Part shown: positions 15,302 to 30,345 of the stretch, in pieces | Layout: each line of letters begins with the position of its first letter | Position numbering within the stretch: the stretch's first letter is position 1 | Assembly: GCA_009914755.4 (NCBI GenBank) | Contig: CP086569.2 | Span: forward strand, 6,976,001 to 7,040,000 | Length of the DNA: 64,000 nt | Source: the human T2T-CHM13v2.0 reference genome, Homo sapiens | Direction of reading: 5' to 3' | Notes under the pieces: generated by a model | Databases searched by the model: none | Told to the model about the DNA's origin: nothing | The model's input: only the letters and a program-made list of their open reading frames with translations | Translations under genes and position numbers: made by a program

Positions 15302-16350
15302 TGAAATTTGGATGGCAGCCAGTTTGTTGTTATCCCAAGGGCTTACAGATTAATGTGGAAAAGTCTCTTGTCGGAAAAGAGGTGGGTATGGAGATGTGGT
15401 GGAGAAGCGAAGGAAAGATAACAGTAACAACAATTTGGGTGGGTTCCTGCAAGCAGGAAGGTGAGGAGCTGAAGCCAAGATACGTGCCCACACCACCGCA
15501 AACAGGGCAGACTCAGGTAAGATGTGCTGGGAATAAAATAGGCTTTGCATATGCTTGAAACATTGTGCAAAGAACTCGAGAGTGGATAAACATGTACATT
15601 ACCAGGCTCTATGGAACTTGCTTTTTGTTCTCTTTACATTCAAAAAAATATGTAAGTATATATTTTTTAAAATGTAAAAAAAAAAATTACATATGTATAA
15701 ATATATTATAAAAAAGAAGGGCCTTTGCAAAGCATGTATATTTTTTTCCCCTCCAAGGGTGTTGCTTCTTTCTGCCTGTCTACAGACGGGCCCCACACAC
15801 CAGGCTAGGAAGCATGTGTCAGGAAGGGTGGATGTGGCCTGCAGGTGTGCTATGGGTCTGAATTGCTGAAAGCCCGAAGCGACATTCTACCCAGCAGTAG
15901 AGTGCCAATGGAGTATGGCCTAGACACAGCCCCCTCTTTGAGGTTACTGATACTCAGCTCCTTTCCAGCCCATGAGTCTTCCAGCTTCTGCTACAGTCAT
16001 TGTTACATTGCCCTGACTTTGTTTAGCAGTTGCTTCTGTAACCAAAACACAGGTTCAGCCCCTTGCCATTTGCAGAGTGCAATTAGCAAGAGCAAGGTCT
16101 AGTGTAAAGAAAGTGAGTTTTTATTCCAGAGCTTTCTTAGGGTAAGAAGTACTGGCTTCCTGCTTGAGGCCACCCCTTTGTTTTCGGAGCACAAAGCAGG
16201 CACTTTTAAAATGGCATGCAGGGGAGGAAGTGTATTTCCGTCTTTACACTGGTTTCCGGGGGCAAGAAATGTTTTTTTTTTTGCAGAGGGTAGAGAGTGA
16301 AAGAACACATACATAAGCTCTGCTGACCATCCAGTCTCAATTACAAGTAA

Positions 16351-16652
<302 letters not shown>

Positions 16653-16774
16653 TAACTGAGTTCTTGAATTATTCTTTTCAGTGACACTTTTTTGTTTGTT
16701 TGTTTGAAGGATAAAGGATTTTTTAAAATTTAATTTTATTTACTTATTCATATATTTACTTTAAGAACTTTCGT

Positions 16775-17100
16775 TTTAGGTTCAGAGGTACATGTGCAGG
16801 TTTGTTATATGGGTAAACTGCATGCCACTTGGTTTACGAATTATTTTGCCACCCAGGTAATACACATCATACCTGACACGTAGATTTCCCATCCTCATCC
16901 TCCTCCCACCCTCCATCTTCAGGCAGGCCCAGGTATCTGTTTTTCCCCCTCTCCATGTCAGCGTATAGCCAGTGTTTAGCTCCCACATATAAGTGAGAAC
17001 ATGTGGTATTTGGTGCGTGATGTGAGTCCACTTAGGGGAATGGCCTCTCCACCTCCATCCATGCTGCTGCAGAGGACATGATCTCGTTGTTTTTCCTTTA
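16775..17100 (+). mobile_element. LINE-1 3'-region fragment
   Basis: ttaggttcagaggtacatgtgcaggtttgttatatgggtaaactgcat...ctcccacatataagtgagaacatgtggtatttgg matches the L1 (L1P) 3' portion as recalled. Confidence 0.6.
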
Positions 17101-17376
17101 ATTAATTTTATTCATTATGATTTATACTAAGACAGGTAAAAATAACTCAAAAAAGTCTGAGTCTTTTTGCTTCTGAGTAACAGTGGTAACAGTACCAGCA
17201 ACAGTAGCAAGGATGGTAAAACCAATTCTTAGTTTCCAAGCCCGATAAGAAATGTTTCTATGGAAAGGAATCAGTGAAAACAATGTTACTGTCTTTACAC
17301 AGTAAAATATGTGCACAGACGGTAAAGGGAGCGTGGTTTTACTCAACGAAGTTATTGTAACAATCAGAGCTTCTAA

Positions 17377-17559
<183 letters not shown>

Positions 17560-18263
17560 TAAGTAGAGTCTCTGTAGAGAATCTTCATCTTACAGGCCAG
17601 CACCCCCTTCCCCCACCCATTCGTCCACTCGGCATTTCTGTAACCTTGAAAACAGTACGTGAGTGTCGCAAACACACAGTGTGGCTGCACACACATCTGC
17701 TGCCCTGCTGAGGTTGGCAATGTGAATTAGCAATTGAGCTTGTGTGAATAAGAGGCAAAAAACCCAAACTTGTGAAGGAACCACCCATGCATGCCCATTG
17801 AGATTTTTATATTGAAATATCCATATCTTCTTTAAATATACAATTAACATTCTGGGCTGCTCTGAAGGTAGTGAGTTATCTCAGTTGATATTCACAGTTA
17901 GCTACCAGTTGAACTCCTTACTCTGCTTTTTCTCCCCTTATCACTTCTGTGCTTGATTAGTCTTAGAAAGAATTTAAAAATTAAATACAAAAAATAACCT
18001 TCTGCACTGACGCTTCCTGAAGCAATCTGCAGGGCTCAGGAGGGCAGAGGTTGGGTCAGTGTAAATCAGCCAAATACAATTGAGTGGTTCCTGGATGAAC
18101 AGCTGGCAAGGAAGGCAAGAATGTATTCTTTCCTAAAACCCCTGACTTATGTTACCAGGAAGGAGTCCTGATCCAGACCCCAACAGAGGGTTGTAGGATC
18201 TCTTGCAAGAAAGAATTCAGGGAAAGTCCATAGATCAAGTGAAAGCAAGTTTATTAAGAACGT

Positions 18264-19100
<837 letters not shown>

Positions 19101-19984
19101 CCCTGCGACCACATAACAGAGGTCGGTCATTTGTTGGGACGTCAGCATGATTGAGTGTTCAAGTCTAGCATATGCCTGAGACAGCTCCACTATGACTAGA
19201 CCAGAAACGCAAAGGAAGCACGCAACACTTGGAAACCCAGGACGTGGGCGTCATCCTCGTTCCGTTGTTAGTGCTAAGTTGACTCAGTAGCGTGGCACTT
19301 TTCCAGATAGGAACCTGTAGGAAGGAGTGAGCTACGTGTCAGAGGAACTGTTGCACCGTGTGGCTCTGCACGAAAGACTCTTCTCTAGGATGAAGACGAG
19401 AGGAAGCCCAGCCAGCGAGGGCCCAGAACACTGGTTGGGGGATCCTCTGCCGCGCTTTGCCACAGCCGACACTCTGCCTCCTAGGTTCTCTATTTTCCTG
19501 TTTCCTTCTTTCTTCTGCTTGCCCCCGAGTCTCAAAGACAGACACCAGCATATCCTCTGACTGCCCTCTGTTGTTGCAAAAGCCAGATCTCTCTCACATC
19601 TCTCTGATTCCCTGCAGGGGTTAAAGACCAGAGATTTTTACTGGGAAAACTTCCCTTTCAGTTGGAAACAAAGGAGGGAAGGAAGAGAGGCATTCTCCTG
19701 CTGGGAAGGTGTGTCTAAGCCAGATCCTGGTGGTGGGGAGCACCCAGCTCTTGTTCCTGAGGGTGTGGAGCATGTGACATTCTAACATCCACCTCAGGAA
19801 ATCCAGGCAGTCGCTGACTTTGTTTGGGGAGCAGACAGGGGTCATTGCCCCCATGTGCTTATCTCTGCCGTGTTTTATGAAAAAAGTGAATCCGTTAATT
19901 CCCACACTAGCTTAGTGATCTGAATGATGTTGAACAAGCATTATCAAAGAATTCCACGATGAGAAGCAAAGGGAGGAGAGTGGA

Positions 19985-20710
19985 ACTTTTGAAAACCTGT
20001 ATTTCATTGTCTGGCTATCCGTGTATTGTTTATCATCCATCCATCCACCCATATATCTTTTTATCTAAGTCTGTATACTTATCCATCCATCCACACACCC
20101 ACCCATTCATCCATCCATCCATCTATCCATCCTTCCACCCACCCACTCCTTTTCCATCTCTATCCACCCAACCATCTATCCATCCATTTGTCTGTCCACC
20201 CATCCATCCATCCATCTATCCATCCATCCATCCATCCATCTACCCACCCACCCACCCCTGTCTATCTCTATGGTCTACCTCTTATGTATGTATATACACA
20301 TCTGTTTTTCCATTTATCCTTATCTATCATCTGTCCAAGCTCTCATTTAGATATTTGTATATCCATCTCTCTGTCCATCTTTTTATCTCTATGATATTTT
20401 TATCTGTCTACCTACCTATCATCTATATATTTACCTGTCATCCGTCATTCATGTATCAGTCTATCTACTTCCTATTCATGTGTCTTTCTGTTTATCCAAC
20501 TGTTAATCATTGATCTTTCTATGTAACTGTCTACCTACTTACCTATCCATCTGTGAATCATCTCTCTACCTATTCATCTGTCTGCTTTTCTATATATCTA
20601 TCTACCTATTCATCTATCAATCATCTATCCACCTACCTACCTACCTATCCATCTATCTCTACCTGTCTGTCTGGCTATCAAACATCTATCTACCTACCTA
20701 CCCGCTGGTC
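19985..20710. repeat. Compound simple repeat (TCCA)n/(TCTA)n/(TACC)n, about 700 bp
   Basis: catccatccatcc..., ctatctatc..., ctacctacctacc... The ORFs 19959..20513 and 20026..20394 ([10 protein letters not shown]...) are its translations. Confidence 0.9.
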
Positions 20711-20831
20711 TTTTGAATTTTCCTTTACTCTTTGCTGAGACATGCCTGCAAATCACATAGAATCAAACTTCTCCATGTGCACCTGAGCCCATGACGTCCT
20801 AGGCAAACCCAAAAGGTTAAAAATAACTTAG

Positions 20832-21130
20832 GCAGGCTGGGCGCAGTGGCTCAAGCCTGCAGTTCCAGCACTTTGGGAGGCCCTGAGGTTGGGAGTTCGA
20901 GACCAGCCTGACCAACGTGGAGAAACCCTGTTCCTACTAAAAATACAAAATTAGCTGGGCATGGTGGCACATGTTTTTAATCCCAGCTACTCAGGAGGCA
21001 GAGGCAGGAGAATTGCTTGAACCTGGGAGGTGGAGGCTGCAGTGAGCTGAGATCCCACCTCGCCATTGCACTGTAGCCTGGGCAACGAGCGAAATTCCCG
21101 TATCAAAAACAAAACAAAACAAAACAAAAA
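20832..21130 (+). mobile_element. Alu SINE
   Basis: GGCTGGGCGCAGTGGCTCAAGCCTG... with an (AAAAC)n tail. Confidence 0.9.
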
Positions 21131-21299
21131 ACGCATATTGATTGGCATCCACCCAGGGAAAAGCACCACATTTTCCCTCTATGATAACACCGACCACACG
21201 AGGGCAGCATTGCCTAAGGATCATTCATTGTATGCTGGGGTCTGAAGAGTGAGGTGCATGTGCCTCAAATTTTATTGGTGATTGGATAGAATAGCCTGT

Positions 21300-21590
21300 T
21301 ATTAGAATGCAATATACTATTAGAACATAATATTGTTACAATATAACAAAATTATTAGAATATAATTAAAACAAAATGTTAGTCTCAGGGTACGCTGAAG
21401 TTAAAATACATAAAAATAAATTTAAAAAGAAAAGAATATTACAGTCAGAACTATATTGGAATTATTATATAAAGTTATCAGAATTGTTAATGGGCTATAG
21501 TATATTAGAATATTTAAATATATTAGAATACAATAGAATGGAAAATAACCTAATTATAATATATCATTAGGCTAATTGAAAATTAATATT
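21300..21590. repeat. AT-rich low-complexity region
   Basis: Recurring attagaata / aatata motifs. Confidence 0.7.
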
Positions 21591-21591
21591 C

Positions 21592-21890
<299 letters not shown>

Positions 21891-23142
21891 AAATAAATAA
21901 ACATCTCCCAATCTAAAGCCCAGCCTGCTGTCCTGTGCATTTTATGAGACAGGGAGCTGTTGATTCAGAGTAAGCCTTTTTTTATTTTCCGTTTTCCTAA
22001 TTAGAATCTATTTCTGGGTGAATTTTTTCCCCTATTTCTCAGCAACCTTGTGTCTCTTTGCACAGGTGGGTTTTGTAAGAGTGGCAAGCCTCGCCAACCC
22101 CAACTCTCCCCAGGCATTTCTGGGCTCTCCCTCCACTCTCGCTGGCCTGAGCTCTTGCCTTGACGGAGATGCAGGATACAGCTTTCTCACAGTCTCCTGC
22201 ATCTCCTGCCTGCAGTACCTTTTCGTTGAAGCAGCTGCAGGTGTCTTGTCTATGTGTGTCCCTCTTCTCTTGAGAGCCCACATGTAGCTTCCTGGATGAC
22301 TGAAGTAGAATTGGAGGCTCGTTATCGTGAGGTTCTGAGACAGTCTGTCTGTGGGTTGTCCACCCGCCTTAGACAACAGCCTCACCCCTCCTTGTCTTCC
22401 CACTGCTTTTTAAACATGCCAGGAAGCCTGACCTGTCCCCCTGCCTATGGGTGTCCCTGGGGCTGGCCCTTTCTCTTCCACTGCACATGTTGCGAGCTCA
22501 CCTGTTACTTGCTCCCAGAGCCCTCTGGGGCTCCTCCTGTTCTCCTGGGCCATGCCCTGTCCGATCAGCCCATCTGTTTTCTTTATACTGCTTAGCAGCT
22601 CTGAAACCAACTTGATTTTGTATGTGTTGACTGCCTCTGAGAGCAATGCTCCCAAACTGCTCTCCTCACCTCCTTGAACCCGGAAACTTTTGGTGGCTGG
22701 AGGGAGGGCGCTGCTGCACACATAAGTGGAGCTGGCCTGCAGTCAGAGTCCTCCTGCTCCCTTCGCAGCCCGTGTCTGCACCTTTCCTATCGCAGCTCGA
22801 TTTGCTGGATTCCCACTCTTAGCAGGATCAAGTGAGGCTGTGCCTTCTCTGTTTTATTGCTTTAACTGATTATCTCAATCTTCCACTAAGCACAGAGAAA
22901 ACCATCTATGTGGTAAAATCTTTCATGTGATTAGGAAGGAGATCATATCATAATGCAGATTTTATTTTCACATAATGAGACATGTTTAGGTCAGATGAAA
23001 ATTGCGTGGCACGTTCTGGAACAAAATCACTCGTGCACTTTCCAAGGCCCGAGCTCAGCTCTGATTTCTCCCATCATGTTCTCTTTTCTCATCCATTTCC
23101 ATGTTTGTGTTCTCCCAGAGTGTTTAACTCAAAAGTTAGGTA

Positions 23143-23450
23143 AAGGCTGGACATGGTGGCTCAAATGCCTGTCATCCCAGCACTTGAGGAAGCTGAGACA
23201 CAAGGATTGCTTGAGGCCAAGAGTTCAAGACCAGTCTGGGCCACATACTGAGGCCCCATTGCTACAAAAAATAAAAATAAAACTAGCTTGGTGTGGTAGT
23301 ATGTGCCTGTAGTCCCAGCTCTGCAGTAGGCTGAGGTGGGAGGATTGTTTCAGCCCAGGAAGTCGAGGCTGCAGTGACCTGAGATTCCAGCAGTGCACGT
23401 CAGCTTGGGAGACAGAGCAAGACCCTGTGTCAGAAAAAGGAAAAATAAAA
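23143..23450 (+). mobile_element. Alu SINE
   Basis: Alu sense consensus. Confidence 0.9.
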
Positions 23451-24040
23451 TCAGCAAAAGCATCAAGAACAAAACACAGGGACACACAAGACATACAGCA
23501 GAGTGCAGGGTAAGAGAAAGCCCCCAGGGTGTCTTGTCTTAGTTATGACAGCAGTGATTCTCAAGTGGCATCCCAGAGGACTATGGGGTTCCTGAAGTGT
23601 GTTTCAGCAGATGAGTGAGATCATTTTTCCAACGACAGATCTGAATAGTGATGAATTTTCTTCATAGGAACAAACTAAGACAATACAACATAGCACAAAG
23701 GGTGCAGAAGATTTTAGAGAAGGTGGACTCTGTCTGCAATGGAGCCTCTTCCACGGGGAGCATTAGGCATTGTGCAGTGGGTTCTCAAACATGTTGGCCT
23801 TGGGACCCCTTCAGCACACAGCTCAAAGTTATTAACAACCCGCAGAACTTTCATTTCTGTGTGTTATAGTTGTCTACGCTGACTGCATTTGAAATTAAAG
23901 TGGGACTGAAATATAAATAAATAGAATACATAAATAATATATATGAGAAGTTAAATGATAGTCGCAGAGGTGAATATAAATAGCTTTTTTAAATGAAAAA
24001 ATAAATACGTGTAACCACACTTTGTAGAACTAAGACCATT

Positions 24041-24350
24041 CAGGTTGGGCATGGAAGCTCACGCCTCTAATCCCAGCACTTTAGGCGGCTGAGGCAGGAG
24101 GATCACTTGAGCCAGCAGTTGGAGGCCAGTCTGGGCAACATAGCCAGACCTCATATCTACAAACAATAAAATGAAATAAATAAACAATTAGCTGGGCATG
24201 GTGATGCATGCCTATGACCCCAGTACTTTGGGAGGCTGAGGCGGGAGGATCACTGAGGCTGGGAGGTCGAGGCTGCAGTGAGCTGTGGTCTCGTCACTGC
24301 ACTCCAGCCTGGGCGACAGAGAGACCCTGTCTCTAAAAAGAGAGAAAACA
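24041..24350 (+). mobile_element. Alu SINE
   Basis: Alu sense consensus. Confidence 0.9.
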
Positions 24351-24544
24351 TTCGTGAGGAGGTTGGTTGTATTTTCTGTGTTTTGTGAATCTCTTTAGTG
24401 TCTAGCTTTCACAAGGGCTGCTGGCCTCTCCTCCCTCTGTCTGCAGCCTGTCTGCTGTGCTGCGTGGTGTTTAGTTGAGGCATAGGAGAAAAGTTCATCA
24501 CTATTCAAAACTGGAGTCAGAAAAACGACCTCAGCCATCCCTAA

Positions 24545-25068
<524 letters not shown>

Positions 25069-25431
25069 AGATTTTAGTTTTTAGTCTGAAGGTATCGGGA
25101 CAGGAATCTTTGAGGAAGAAGTCAAGGTGGGATGAAATTCTAGTGACGGTTTTTTTCTTTTCTCTAAAAATCTCTGCCTTCCTTTTCTTGCAGGCATTTC
25201 CAAAGCACGTGTCTTCCAATGCCAGCCCTGGTCTTCAGAACTGGGGCAGGTAGTGTGTCAGCTGATAGTTTAGGAGGGTGTTTTTCCAGCTGAGGTCTCT
25301 GAGTAGGAGACCTCCTCTCAACACCACCTCTGCCAGGACCATCTATTTTATGGGAAGATGTAGATAGGTGGATGATTGCATTAAAATTTTATGGGCAAAT
25401 GATAGAGGTAGTATGGTACAATTGGCAAGAA

Positions 25432-25740
25432 TTTTTTTTTTTCTTTTTTTTTTTTTTCAGACAGTCTTGCTCTGTCGCCCAGGGAGAAGTGCAGTGGTGC
25501 AGTCACAGCTTGCTGCAGCCACCACCTCCTGGCTCAAGTGATCCTCCTGCTTCTGCCTCCTGAGTAGCTGGGATGACAGGCACACACCACCATGCCTGAC
25601 TGATTTTTTAAAAATTTTTTTGTAGAGATAGGGTCTTGCTATGTTACTCAGGCTAGTTTCGAATTCCTGGGCTCAAGGAATCCACCCACCTCAGCCTCCC
25701 AAAGTGCTGGGATTACAGACATGAGCCACTGCACCCAGCA
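25432..25740 (-). mobile_element. Alu SINE (antisense), first of three head-to-tail copies
   Basis: Alu antisense consensus. Confidence 0.9.
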
Positions 25741-26044
25741 ATTTTTTCTTTTGAGACAGGGTCTTGTTCTGTGTCCATACTTGAGTTCAGTGGTGCAATC
25801 ATAGCTCACTGAAGCCTCTACCTCCTGGGCTCAAGTGATCCTCCTGCCTCAGTTTCTTGGGACCACAGAAGGCTGTAGGTGGGAACACAGGCACACAGCA
25901 GCACATCCAGCTAAATTTTAAATTTTTTGTAGAGATGAGGTCTCATTGTGTTGTCAGGCTGGTCTCGAACTCCTGGGCTCAAGCAATTCTCCTGCCTTGG
26001 GCTCTCAAAGTGCTGGGATTACAGGCACGAACCACTGTGCCCAG
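25741..26044 (-). mobile_element. Alu SINE (antisense), second of three
   Basis: Alu antisense consensus. Confidence 0.9.
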
Positions 26045-26342
26045 TGTTTTTTTCTTTTGAGACAGGGTCTCACTCTGTCGCCCAGTCTGGAGTACAGTGG
26101 CACAATCATAGCTCACTGAAGCCTTGACCTCCTGGGCTCAAGGGATTCTCCTGCTTCAGCCTCCTGAGTAGCTGGGACCACAGGTGCACACCACTACATC
26201 CAGCTAGTTTTTAAATTTTTTGTAGAGACAAGGTCTTCTCTATTGTCCAGGCTGGTCTTGAACTCCTGGGCTCAAGCAGTCCTCCCGCGTTGGCCTCCCC
26301 AAATGCTGGGATGACAGGTGTGAGCCACTGTGCCTAGCCTGG
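26045..26342 (-). mobile_element. Alu SINE (antisense), third of three
   Basis: Alu antisense consensus. Confidence 0.9.
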
Positions 26343-27419
26343 GCATGAATTTTTCAGGCAAAAATCTTGAGCTTGCATTCATGCTGATTAGCAGATAGTC
26401 CTTGCAAGTGTAGCTGTCACCACAGATCAGTTTAACTTGCTTAATAATGCCAAATGCCGTATAATGAGAATTTATTCTCCGCTTGGTAAGAATTGGAAGC
26501 AGTCTGTATGTTTAGAGACAGAAATTTGAGGGTTTCAGAGGGCACTGCCCAGGCGTCCGGGGGAGTGCTGTTTCTCAGACACACACACACACTGTCTCTG
26601 CTCTTTCTTTCAGGCAAGATCATCAGTTAGTGCTCACTTATTATTTATTTTTTTCCGCTTATTAATACCTTTCCCATAATCTTATGTAATGTCTACTGTC
26701 CAAGAGCACTTCGTTTAATATTCTCCATAGATGTTTTTAGGTATGTATGAGACATTTGCTCCTGGAGTTTAATGCTCCATTCCTGTATTTGTGCATTATT
26801 CACACAGCTGAATGTATTGACACAGGGTCGCCCCCCAAACCCAGAGAGAAACAGGAATGCGACTCCCCTAACTACTGTTAGAACGCTGCGGGCAGGTGAG
26901 GGAGGATGGGCTCGGGAGGTTGTTAACGTCTGAGGCAGCAGGGTTGGCGCAGATCGCATGAGTGTCTGTACTCAGAGCTCTGCTTCCCAGCCTGGCCTAG
27001 GTGGTTTTTCAGTACGTTGTGGTGGCTCGTAACTCCAGGACCAGCGGCCCAAAGAGATACCCTATTGGGAAACTCACCTTCATGCTAAAGTGCAAGACGA
27101 GCAACTGAAATGTTATTTAAGACGGAAGAAATGCTATGTTAGGGCCACGTCACACATACCTAATCATTTACCTTTCTCTGGTAACTTTCATTTCCTCATG
27201 TAACCCTCCCCCACTTCTCTGTCACCTCTCCCATTGATTTCCATTTTTGTACTTCATATTTCTCCTCTTTGTTTTTCTTTGAATTTTTCTTCACTGCAGT
27301 GTATTGGACAGTTCACATGTGTAGTTCGACGTATGAATGTCCTGACGCTGCAGTTAGAAACTATCACAGACTGGAAGGTTTAAACAAGAGAACTTTATCC
27401 TCTCTTAGTCCTGGAGACC

Positions 27420-27770
27420 AGAAATTTGAGATCAAAGTATCTCAGGACTGTGCTCCAAGGAAGGATCCTTTCTGCCTCTGCCAGCTCCTGGGGCTCCAGG
27501 CATCCCTGGACTTGTGGCCGCATCACTACAGTCTCTGCCTCTGTCCCCATGTGGCCTTCTCCTCTGTGTGTGTGCCTCCTCTTCAGTCCCTTATGACAAT
27601 ACTTGTCATTGGATTTGGACCTACCCTATTCCAGGATGATTTCGTCTGAAGCTCCTCAAGTTAATTCTATCTGCAAAGACCCTATTTCCCAATAAGGTCC
27701 CATTCATAGGTTGTTGGGGCAGGATCACAGATATATCTTTTTGGAGACCTCTCATTCCACCCACTCCATT
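27420..27770. repeat. Ancient interspersed repeat (family not determined; same family as 38090-38790)
   Basis: ctgcctctgccagctcctggggctccaggcatccctgg...ttgtggccgcatcactacagtctctgcctctg...tctgcaaagaccctatttcccaataaggtcccattcataggtt recurs in the window at 38090-38790. Confidence 0.6.
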
Positions 27771-28806
27771 GAATTTCATTAAGGTCAGGAAGTGATTTGG
27801 AAGCTACAAGAGAATTAATTTTGCTCTCTGGCATTTCTGATCATCAATGAGGGTATCATTTGAAAGCTCCATTTTATAAGGTATTTCTATTGCTTGAATA
27901 CCTGGATTAGAGTATTTAAGTCAAAAGAAGCTAAATAGAAAGCATAACTTTGAATCAGTATGAGTCTCTGTCCTGGGCGATATCAGAAAATCTCAGAAGT
28001 ATAACTTGTGCTTCGGACATGTAGGGATCTAGTATACACTTACTGGTTGATGATATGGTTTGGCTTCGTGTCCCTACCCAAATCTCATGTTTAAAAGTAA
28101 TCCCCAGTGTTGGAGGCGGGACCTGGTGAGAGGTGGTTGGATCATGGGAGTGGTTTCCGACATTTTAGCAACATTGCCCTAGTATTGTTTCATGATAGAG
28201 TTCTCAGGAGATCTGATGGTTTTAAAGTGTAGTACTTCCTCCTTTGCTTGCTGTTGCTCATCTGCCGCCATGTAAATATGGCCTTGCTTCTCCTTTGCCT
28301 TCAGCCATGATTGTAAGTTTCCTGAGGCCTCCCCAGCCATGCGAAACTGTGAGTCAGTTAAATCTTTTTTCTTTATAAATTACACAGTCTCAGGTAGTTC
28401 GTCGTAGGAGACTGAAAATGGACTAATACAGTTGACTTCTAGATTTTCTTGGATTTAGCTTGGTCTTTGCAGTTTTAAGTATTTTTTTTAGTTTATTTAA
28501 CATATTTTTAAAATTTCAAGGTATTACTAAGTCTGCTGGTTTCTTCAGCAGGACTACAGTAGTTTTACTACAGTCGACAGAGCGTAGTATGACAATCTTG
28601 TTTTTACACAGGTACCACTATCTTCCAGGCTGTCTTTTGTATTTCCATCTTTCTTCTGGTCTCTGGGGATCAGTAAATGGTTTTCTTTGGGTAATGAGAT
28701 TTGGTCAGCTTTGCAGACCACCCAGTCTCAGTTACAAGTATAGACTCTGCTCCTGCACATTAAAAGTGGTCATATAGTGAGACCACATCCCAACAGAAAG
28801 TAAAAA

Positions 28807-28960
28807 ATTAGCCAGGCATGGTGGCACACACCTGTGGTCTCTGCTACATGGGAGTTTGAGGTGGGAGGATGGCCTCCTGGGGGAGGTCAAGGCTACAGTG
28901 AGCTATGATTGCACCACCGCACTCCAGCCTGGGTGACAGAGTCAAACCCTGTCGCAAAAA
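28807..28960 (+). mobile_element. Partial Alu
   Basis: Alu right-half sense motifs ending in a poly-A. Confidence 0.7.
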
Positions 28961-29066
28961 AAAGAAATTTTTGATAAAGTATAACTGGAGGCTCTTTCAT
29001 TCGGCCTATACACATTGTGTGCCACCTACTGTTCTGTGAATGAGGAATATAAAGAAATTCACTGAT

Positions 29067-29378
29067 GGGTGTGGTGGCTCACATCTTGTAGTCCTAGTAT
29101 TTGGGAAGGTTGAAGTGGGAAGACTGCACAAGCCCAAGAGTTTGAGACCAGCCTGGGCAACATAGTGAGATCTCATCTTTACCAAAAATTAAAAACAAAC
29201 AAACAAACAAAAAACAGCCTGGCATGGTGGTGTGAACCTGTAAACCCAGCTGCTCAGGAGGCTGAGGTAGGAGCATAGCTTGAGCCCTGTAGGTCAAGGT
29301 TCAGTGCAGTGAGCCAGGATCACGCTGCAGTACTCCAGCCTGGGGGCAACAGAGCAAGACCTTGTCTCAAAAAAAAAG
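29067..29378 (+). mobile_element. Alu SINE
   Basis: Alu sense consensus. Confidence 0.9.
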
Positions 29379-29513
29379 GACTTCACTGACGTTCAGTTGC
29401 AGTTTATTGTGGGTGCCTTATAGTGCTGTGCAAGCAGGGTCAGTACTGGGCTCTCCAAGGCAGGACATATCGGCTATTGCTTGTGCTGTAGACTGAAGGA
29501 AGCCTCGAGAAAG

Positions 29514-29843
29514 GTGTCCTGTTCTTGGCCATAGTGGCGTATTCACCACTATAAACTTTACTTTAACAATTACTTTATATTTGATTTCATTTCTATTTAT
29601 TTATTTATTTACTCCGTCTCACTCTGTCACCCAGGCTGGAGTGCAGTGGTGCAATTTCATCTCACTGCAACCTCTGCAAGTGTCCTGTTCTTGGCCATAG
29701 TGGCGTATTCACCACTATAAACTTTACTTTAACAATTACTTTATATTTGATTTCATTTCTATTTATTTATTTATTTACTCCGTCTCACTCTGTCACCCAG
29801 GCTGGAGTGCAGTGGTACAATCTCAGCTCGCTGAAACCTCTGC
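29514..29843. repeat. Tandem duplication, 2 x about 165 bp, spanning a unique-sequence/Alu junction
   Basis: gtgtcctgttcttggccatagtggcgtattcaccactataaactttactttaacaattactttatatttgatttcatttctatttatttatttatttactccgtctcactctgtcacccaggctggagtgcagtggt occurs twice in tandem (about 29514-29678 and 29679-29843). Confidence 0.85.
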
Positions 29844-30054
29844 CTCCCAGGTACAAGTGATTTTCCTGCCTCAGCCTCCCAAGTAGCTGAGATTACAAGC
29901 ACCCACAACCATGCCCAGCTGATTTTTGTATTTTTAGTAGAGACAGCTTTCACTGTGTTGGCCAAGATGGTCTTGAACTCCTTACCTCAAGTGACCTGCT
30001 TGCCTTGGTCTCTCAGAGTGCTGGGATTATAGGCATGAGCGACAGTGCCTGGCC
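29780..30054 (-). mobile_element. Alu SINE (antisense)
   Basis: Alu antisense consensus. Confidence 0.9.
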
Positions 30055-30059
30055 TGTAT

Positions 30060-30135
30060 TGTATTGTACTGTACTGTACTCTACTGTACTGTACTGCACT
30101 GCACTGCACTGCATTGCACTGCATTGTATTATTTG
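30060..30135. repeat. (TGTAC)n/(TGCAC)n pentanucleotide microsatellite
   Basis: tgtattgtattgtactgtactgtactctactgtactgtactgcactgcactgcactgcattgcactgcattg. Confidence 0.9.
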
Positions 30136-30179
30136 ACTTGTTTAAAATACTTTATTTTATTTTGTTTTGTATTGTATTG

Positions 30180-30345
30180 TAGACAAGGTCTCACTCTTAT
30201 CACCCAGGCTGGAGTGTGGTGGTGTGATCACAGCTCACTGCAGCCTTGACCTCCTGTGCTCAGGTGATCCTCCCACCTAAGCCTTCCAAGTGGCTGGGAC
30301 CACACATGTATACCACCACACCCAGCTAATTTTTTTTTTTTTTAA
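30180..30345 (-). mobile_element. Partial Alu (antisense)
   Basis: Alu antisense motifs. Confidence 0.7.

Noticed and set aside
19959-20738. ORFs of 184 and 122 aa rich in [11 protein letters not shown] / YLSIYLS
   Set aside because: They are translations of the (TCCA)n/(TCTA)n simple repeat.
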